Translations under genes and position numbers: made by a program | Assembly: GCA_021613535.1 (NCBI GenBank) | Contig: CP075496.1 | Span: 9,052,001-9,116,000 of the forward strand | Source: Adineta vaga | Taxonomy: Eukaryota; Animalia; Rotifera | Length of the DNA stretch: 64,000 nt | Reading direction: 5' to 3' | Shown here: piece by piece, positions 57,726-64,000 of the stretch | Layout of the letters: each line of letters starts with the position of its first letter | Position numbering within the stretch: position 1 is the first letter of the stretch | Notes under the pieces: model-generated | Told to the model about the DNA's origin: nothing | Database searches by the model: none | What the model saw: the letters and a program-made list of their open reading frames with translations, nothing else

Positions 57726-59600
57726 ATGGATCAAGTAAAAGAGCAGCCTTCTGTCGACTCCAGCGGTGATGAAAAACCATTTCAACCTCAAAGTGAGCAT
57801 CTTTCCGATGATGCTTCGACCGTTTCCCTTGCACTCTGTGATCCGCCAGTATCAAATCCACTCGAACTGACGCTATTTATCTGTCACAACATGAGCAAGA
57901 AATTTTTTCACTATCGATATTAACTCCGAACGAAAACATTGATGCAACAGAACAAACACCAGTCATACAATCTGATGCTGTTATTGTATCACCAACTGTA
58001 GTTCCACCTCCTACGGTTAATCAGAGTAATTCTGTATCAGAGTCAAGTAAGCATTTCATTACGTGTATTTCAAATATATTTTATTTTCATTTTTTTCAGC
58101 TAATGTCGTTGAACCTTCAACAAGGAACCTGATACATAAATCAAGTAAGAGCATATGAATACTGGGATTTTTCATACGTCACTTTATACGATGTTGTTTG
58201 AAAGAATACCACCCACACTTGTTCATAGATAATTTTAAAATTTTCGTATTATTTATTTTCAGAAGTACCACTACCATTGCCGGAGATTGCGAAATCAGAA
58301 TCAAATATACTACATGAATCCGTGTAAGAAATAACAATAAAATGATGTTCTTATACTTTTTTTAAACTCTTTGTTTCTAGTAAGAAAAAACTTGAGCAAT
58401 CAGCGCAATCCAATGTAGAATACGATTTAATTTCCAAATATGAAGATCAGATAAGAGCGACAAAAAGTTTTCTCGGTCGTGGTTACTATGGCTCAGTTAT
58501 ATCTGTTAAGATAGCAGAGCTTGATGAAACTCGTATAGCAGTTAAAGTAAGTTTCTCGTTAGAAATATAGATTTATAACGCTTGAAATTAAAACTCTAAG
58601 CGTTGAGACACTCAAAGTAGATTATTGAATGTCAATTTATTTTGAAATGTTTGTTTTCATATAGTGCGTTACTTTTAAAACCGAAAAACAACATCTTTTA
58701 TCGATTCGTGCTGAATTGACTACATTGGAAATGATTCGATCAAATCCATCTCAATTTCTTGTCAATTACTTTTGTACTATACAAGATAAAGTATATTTAC
58801 TGTTTCTCTTTCCATGTAATCTACTTTTAACATACGATATGTTTCTTTGAAGATGACCAGTGAGCTGTATTTCTGTATGGAATTAATGGATGCATCGACT
58901 GAAGCCTTCTATAAAATGATGCATTCCATGGAAAAAGATGCGCATGATAAACACGAACTGTTCGTACGACGTTGTGCTTATAATGTAAAAATAGTTCGTA
59001 AATTTAAAACTTTATTCTTTTGTTTTTTTTAACAGGTCATTATGGGTCTACAGTTCTTGAAAACAAAAAATATCGTTCATCGAGATGTCAAACCCGCAAA
59101 TATATTAATCAATCAAAAAGCTATGATTAAACTAGCGGATTTTGGTATTAGTGGTAATCTGGACGACAAAGAATATGATTTTAGTATTATTGTCCGTACT
59201 GATATGTATCGCCAGCCTAATCCTGATCGATGCTCTATACAACGTGATATGTGGGCATTGGGTATAAGTCTGCTTGAAATTATTCTTAATCAACATCCAA
59301 TTTGTATTTCTCCACAGTGTCTCGCAGACACAAAGATAGAAGAATGGAAACCTGAAGTTTCAACAAAAGTTTCGCCTGATTTAGAAAATCTTATTTTACA
59401 ATTGTAAGTAATTTGATATTTTGATCATAAATTTAATCATTCTTTTGATCGGTTTTAGATTGGAAAAAGATCCTAAAAGGCAGTACCAGTCATACGATGC
59501 GATTATACGTACAACATTTATTGGTGAGATGTCTCCAGATCCATCGCCTGAAGAAATTGTCTTCGTTCAACATATACTCAAGCAGATCGCTCTATCTTGA
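57726..59600 (+). CDS. Divergent MAP kinase kinase (STE7-like) protein kinase, multi-exon
   Basis: LGRGYYGSV, IAVK, FCMELMDAS, HRDVKPANILI, KLADFGISG, DMWALGISLLEI. Acidic/Pro-rich N-terminus with a frameshift at ~57866; stop at 59598-59600. Confidence 0.85.
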
Positions 59601-60825
59601 TATATTCCCATACATCGATAATTAACGAATTTAATGGAAGATAATACAAATGGTTTTATTCATACCATATATATTCTGGACTCTAGAATGTAGTAAATTA
59701 TTCATATTAGTGCCTAATCACTGATAATCCACTGTATTGATACATATATGATAAAAAATGAAGGCAAAAATATTTTCATGCTCACTTCGTTGTGATAGTT
59801 TGAGAAAACAAAAAAAGGCTTTTTGTTTCTTTTTTCCAATTTTTTATGGTATATCATACCAAGAAAGTTTTTTGTATTAAAAACATATAAAAGTGTAATT
59901 CATGACAACCGTATCGTCGTGTCATTTTTTTCACATGATAAATAAAGTTAACTAAAAGTAACGAGAAAATTTATGTGCTAACTATCAGAAAAAGTTATTC
60001 ACTTGGAAATATATTGGTCAATTTTGAAGATAGTAAATCGAAGAAGATATCGTTGGTCTCTCAATGTTCTTATTCATTCAATTAACTCTATAATTCTTTC
60101 TGCACCATTTAGTCACATAATCAAAGTTAGTATTGTGATTTTTCTTTCTAGTTCTATTCTTCTAAATACAGAAAGAATTAACGATATATCACAATTAAAA
60201 TGCGTATAAAATATATGTAAATAAATCGTCCCAAAAGAGTAAGTTTCTGTTGAGTTTATTACTAATTGAGCTAATTATATCCTGAATTGAACAAGTAATC
60301 ATCGACTTTTTGTATAATGTTCATCTGCATCAGAATATTCATACTTTTGAGATTTATACATCATGATTTTTATAATAAATCTGATATTCATCAGACACGA
60401 CATCTAATGTTAGAATACCGGATATATAGGTGTTTATGAAATGTCTCAACATCTGAGAAACGTTGAAGTAGACGAAAACATATTGTTTGCGGAAACAGTT
60501 TCTTCTAAAAATATCATTCTTATTATCAAAAAAGGTAGGTGAGATATGAACAATTTTATTTCCTGTTTGTCTTTTATTTCTTCTTTCCAGTGACAGTATC
60601 AGAATTTCCTTCAGACATTTTCTTAATTAGTTTCTATTCATAATTTGAACTCCTGAATCTCTTTTCAAAATAAAAACCATCGAAAAAACTGTAAATTCAA
60701 TAAGACTCATGAGTATGTACTTAGTACTATGATTTCAAAAAGACTAACTGTCGCTCGAGGCATACACGTCATTTATTTTTTCAAGTGTCATTATTCTCTT
60801 GTCGTACAATAATATGATTAGAAAT

Positions 60826-60857
60826 GAAAGAGAGAAAGAGAGAAAGAGAGAAAGAGA
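60826..60857. repeat. (GAAAGAGA)x4 minisatellite
   Basis: Four exact tandem copies read directly. Confidence 0.9.
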
Positions 60858-61054
60858 AAATATACGAACACCCACATCATTGTCACAGAAGAAGAAAGAA
60901 AAAAAATAAAAAGATTCTATGACAACATGAGTATAGAAGTTTGATAGTCTATTTGAAGAAAGAAACTCGTCATTTTTTCACGTGTTGCTGCAAAAAAATA
61001 CGTTCTATTATCTTCGTTTTATATATTGAAATAGAACAGATCACAGACAACAAA

Positions 61055-62113
61055 ATGTCACTTGATCAACAAATTCAACGAGAAAGTGAACGTTTTCAAG
61101 TACTATTCGATCGTTTATCAGAAACCAAATGGAGTGAAACAGCAATACCACAAGCACAATCTCGTTTAATAACATGTCAAGAACAAGCTCGTCTAGTACA
61201 AGATAAAATTAATGCATTTAATCTTGCTGCTGAGAAAGAACATAAACGTTTACTTGATATAAAAGGTCATGGTGTTCGACATGCATGGTATAAAGTTCGA
61301 GGAACATTGGAACAACGTGTTGATGAACAAGAAAAAAATTGGTTAAGAGAATTTGAAAAATGTAAAGAAGAAGAAGAACATTTAGTTATTTTAAAAGGTG
61401 AAATTCAATCAGCTCAAGCATTTTTACATCAATGTCAAACTGCTTACAATGAATATGTTACAAGTAAACGTGCATTAGATGGACTTTTAGAACATTTCTT
61501 TTCTGGCAATACACCATCCTATCCTGATGAAGATCGAATGGAACAAAATTTAAAAAATCAAGAAAGACAATTGGTTACTTTACAAAATCATCAACGTCTT
61601 TTAGCACATGTTTTTCAATTATTACAACGAGCTCATCAAGCTGTTGCCATATCTCGCCAAGCACTTAATGAAGCACTTAATATGAATACATTTGATATGT
61701 TTTCAAGTTCATCTTTTGCAGATATGGCTGTAAGTTCTTGCTTAGCTAAAGCACGAAATGCGGCTGCACAAGCACAACAGTTATTAAATGAAGCACGACG
61801 TTTATATCCAAATATTCCACATATTGGCGAATTACATATTAAACAAGATAATCTCGTTTTTAATATTATGTTCGACAATATTTTTACAGATATTCACATG
61901 AGACAAACAATTCAAGATGCATTGAATCGAATATCACGCGCAGAAGGTATGTTAACGGGTGTTTTATTAGCAATGAAAGAACAAGTGGGAAGATGTGAAG
62001 CTGACTGCACTCAAAAGAGTAATGAAGTACGACGTCTTGCCACAGAACATTTTACTGCAAGAGTTACCATTGTAAAAAATATCATCGAACCACCACCTCC
62101 CTATCGATCGTAA
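61055..62113 (+). CDS. Long coiled-coil protein with conserved NTFDMF / FDNIFTD motifs and C-terminal PPPY
   Basis: ATG 61055 (track start 60941 is TTG); heptad-rich; F.G.TPSYPDED.ME, NTFDMF...FADM, FDNIFTD; ends EPPPPYRS. Confidence 0.75.
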   Translation: MSLDQQIQRESERFQVLFDRLSETKWSETAIPQAQSRLITCQEQARLVQDKINAFNLAAEKEHKRLLDIKGHGVRHAWYKVRGTLEQRVDEQEKNWLREFEKCKEEEEHLVILKGEIQSAQAFLHQCQTAYNEYVTSKRALDGLLEHFFSGNTPSYPDEDRMEQNLKNQERQLVTLQNHQRLLAHVFQLLQRAHQAVAISRQALNEALNMNTFDMFSSSSFADMAVSSCLAKARNAAAQAQQLLNEARRLYPNIPHIGELHIKQDNLVFNIMFDNIFTDIHMRQTIQDALNRISRAEGMLTGVLLAMKEQVGRCEADCTQKSNEVRRLATEHFTARVTIVKNIIEPPPPYRS

Positions 62114-62622
62114 TGCAGCAAAACAGTAAAAATGATCGTTACGTTTTTCAGTTTCTTTTTGTTGTGATAGTATCGTGCATTGTCTCTTTCATTTTATCTT
62201 TGTAAAAAGAATTCAAATTTTTATGCGTTTATTTGTGTGCATTATTCTATAACATTCTATGTTGTATTTCAGCTTTTGTATTGTTGAATCTTTTGTTGAA
62301 CTGATATTTTACCTTTATAAGATGTTTCAATTCGATTAATAATATTTATGAATGATAAAGTATATTGAATATCTTGAGAGTATTGGTATGATTAAAAAGA
62401 AAATAAATATCCATCGTTACACTTCATCTATTCTATCAACTATCGAGATTTAATCTTGTCTTTCTCTCTTGTTGATTTCGAATAGATTTGATATATTGAC
62501 GATATAATCAATATTCTCAATTACAAAAGATATTTCGTTTTTGTGACGGATTATATTGAAATTTTTCATAGAAAAACATTTATCAGTTAATCTTTTTAAT
62601 GTCAAATAGTATAACCATAAGA

Positions 62623-64000
<1,378 letters not shown>

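Overview
This is AT-rich (roughly 30% GC by eye), gene-dense EUKARYOTIC genomic DNA. It has short (mostly ~50-70 nt) GT-AG introns, many intronless rhodopsin-like 7TM genes, NHL-repeat and DEG/ENaC genes, and many enzymes of bacterial, fungal or plant type. That combination strongly suggests a bdelloid rotifer (Adineta/Rotaria-like; inference). About 38 loci can be read. Native-looking genes: DEG/ENaC channel, histidine acid phosphatase, ACP5, FABP, MAP2K-like kinase, METTL24-like, Ly6-like, carboxylesterase and about 8 GPCRs or GPCR relics. Horizontal-transfer candidates: SDR, BAHD acyltransferase, calcineurin-like phosphoesterase, SLOG/MoCo-carrier, YbaY-like, MoaF-like, GH78 rhamnosidase, THI20-like ThiD-TenA fusion, AmpD-type peptidoglycan amidase with introns, a GT-A-like protein and a decayed FAD monooxygenase. 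Three observations stand out. (1) A VWA/MIDAS protein ends in the ribosomal P-stalk motif DDMGFGLFD, a possible toxin decoy or translation-factor recruiter. (2) A membrane-spanning U-box/Zn-finger - TM - NHL propeller 'receptor E3 ligase' can be reconstructed. (3) A type II membrane protein has a Thr stalk built from symmetric micro-exons. At least ten genes carry single-base deletions, often in short homopolymers, which look like consensus errors rather than true pseudogenisation. No rRNA, tRNA, CRISPR array or recognisable transposon was seen. All family assignments are from motif recognition by eye; no database searches were run.
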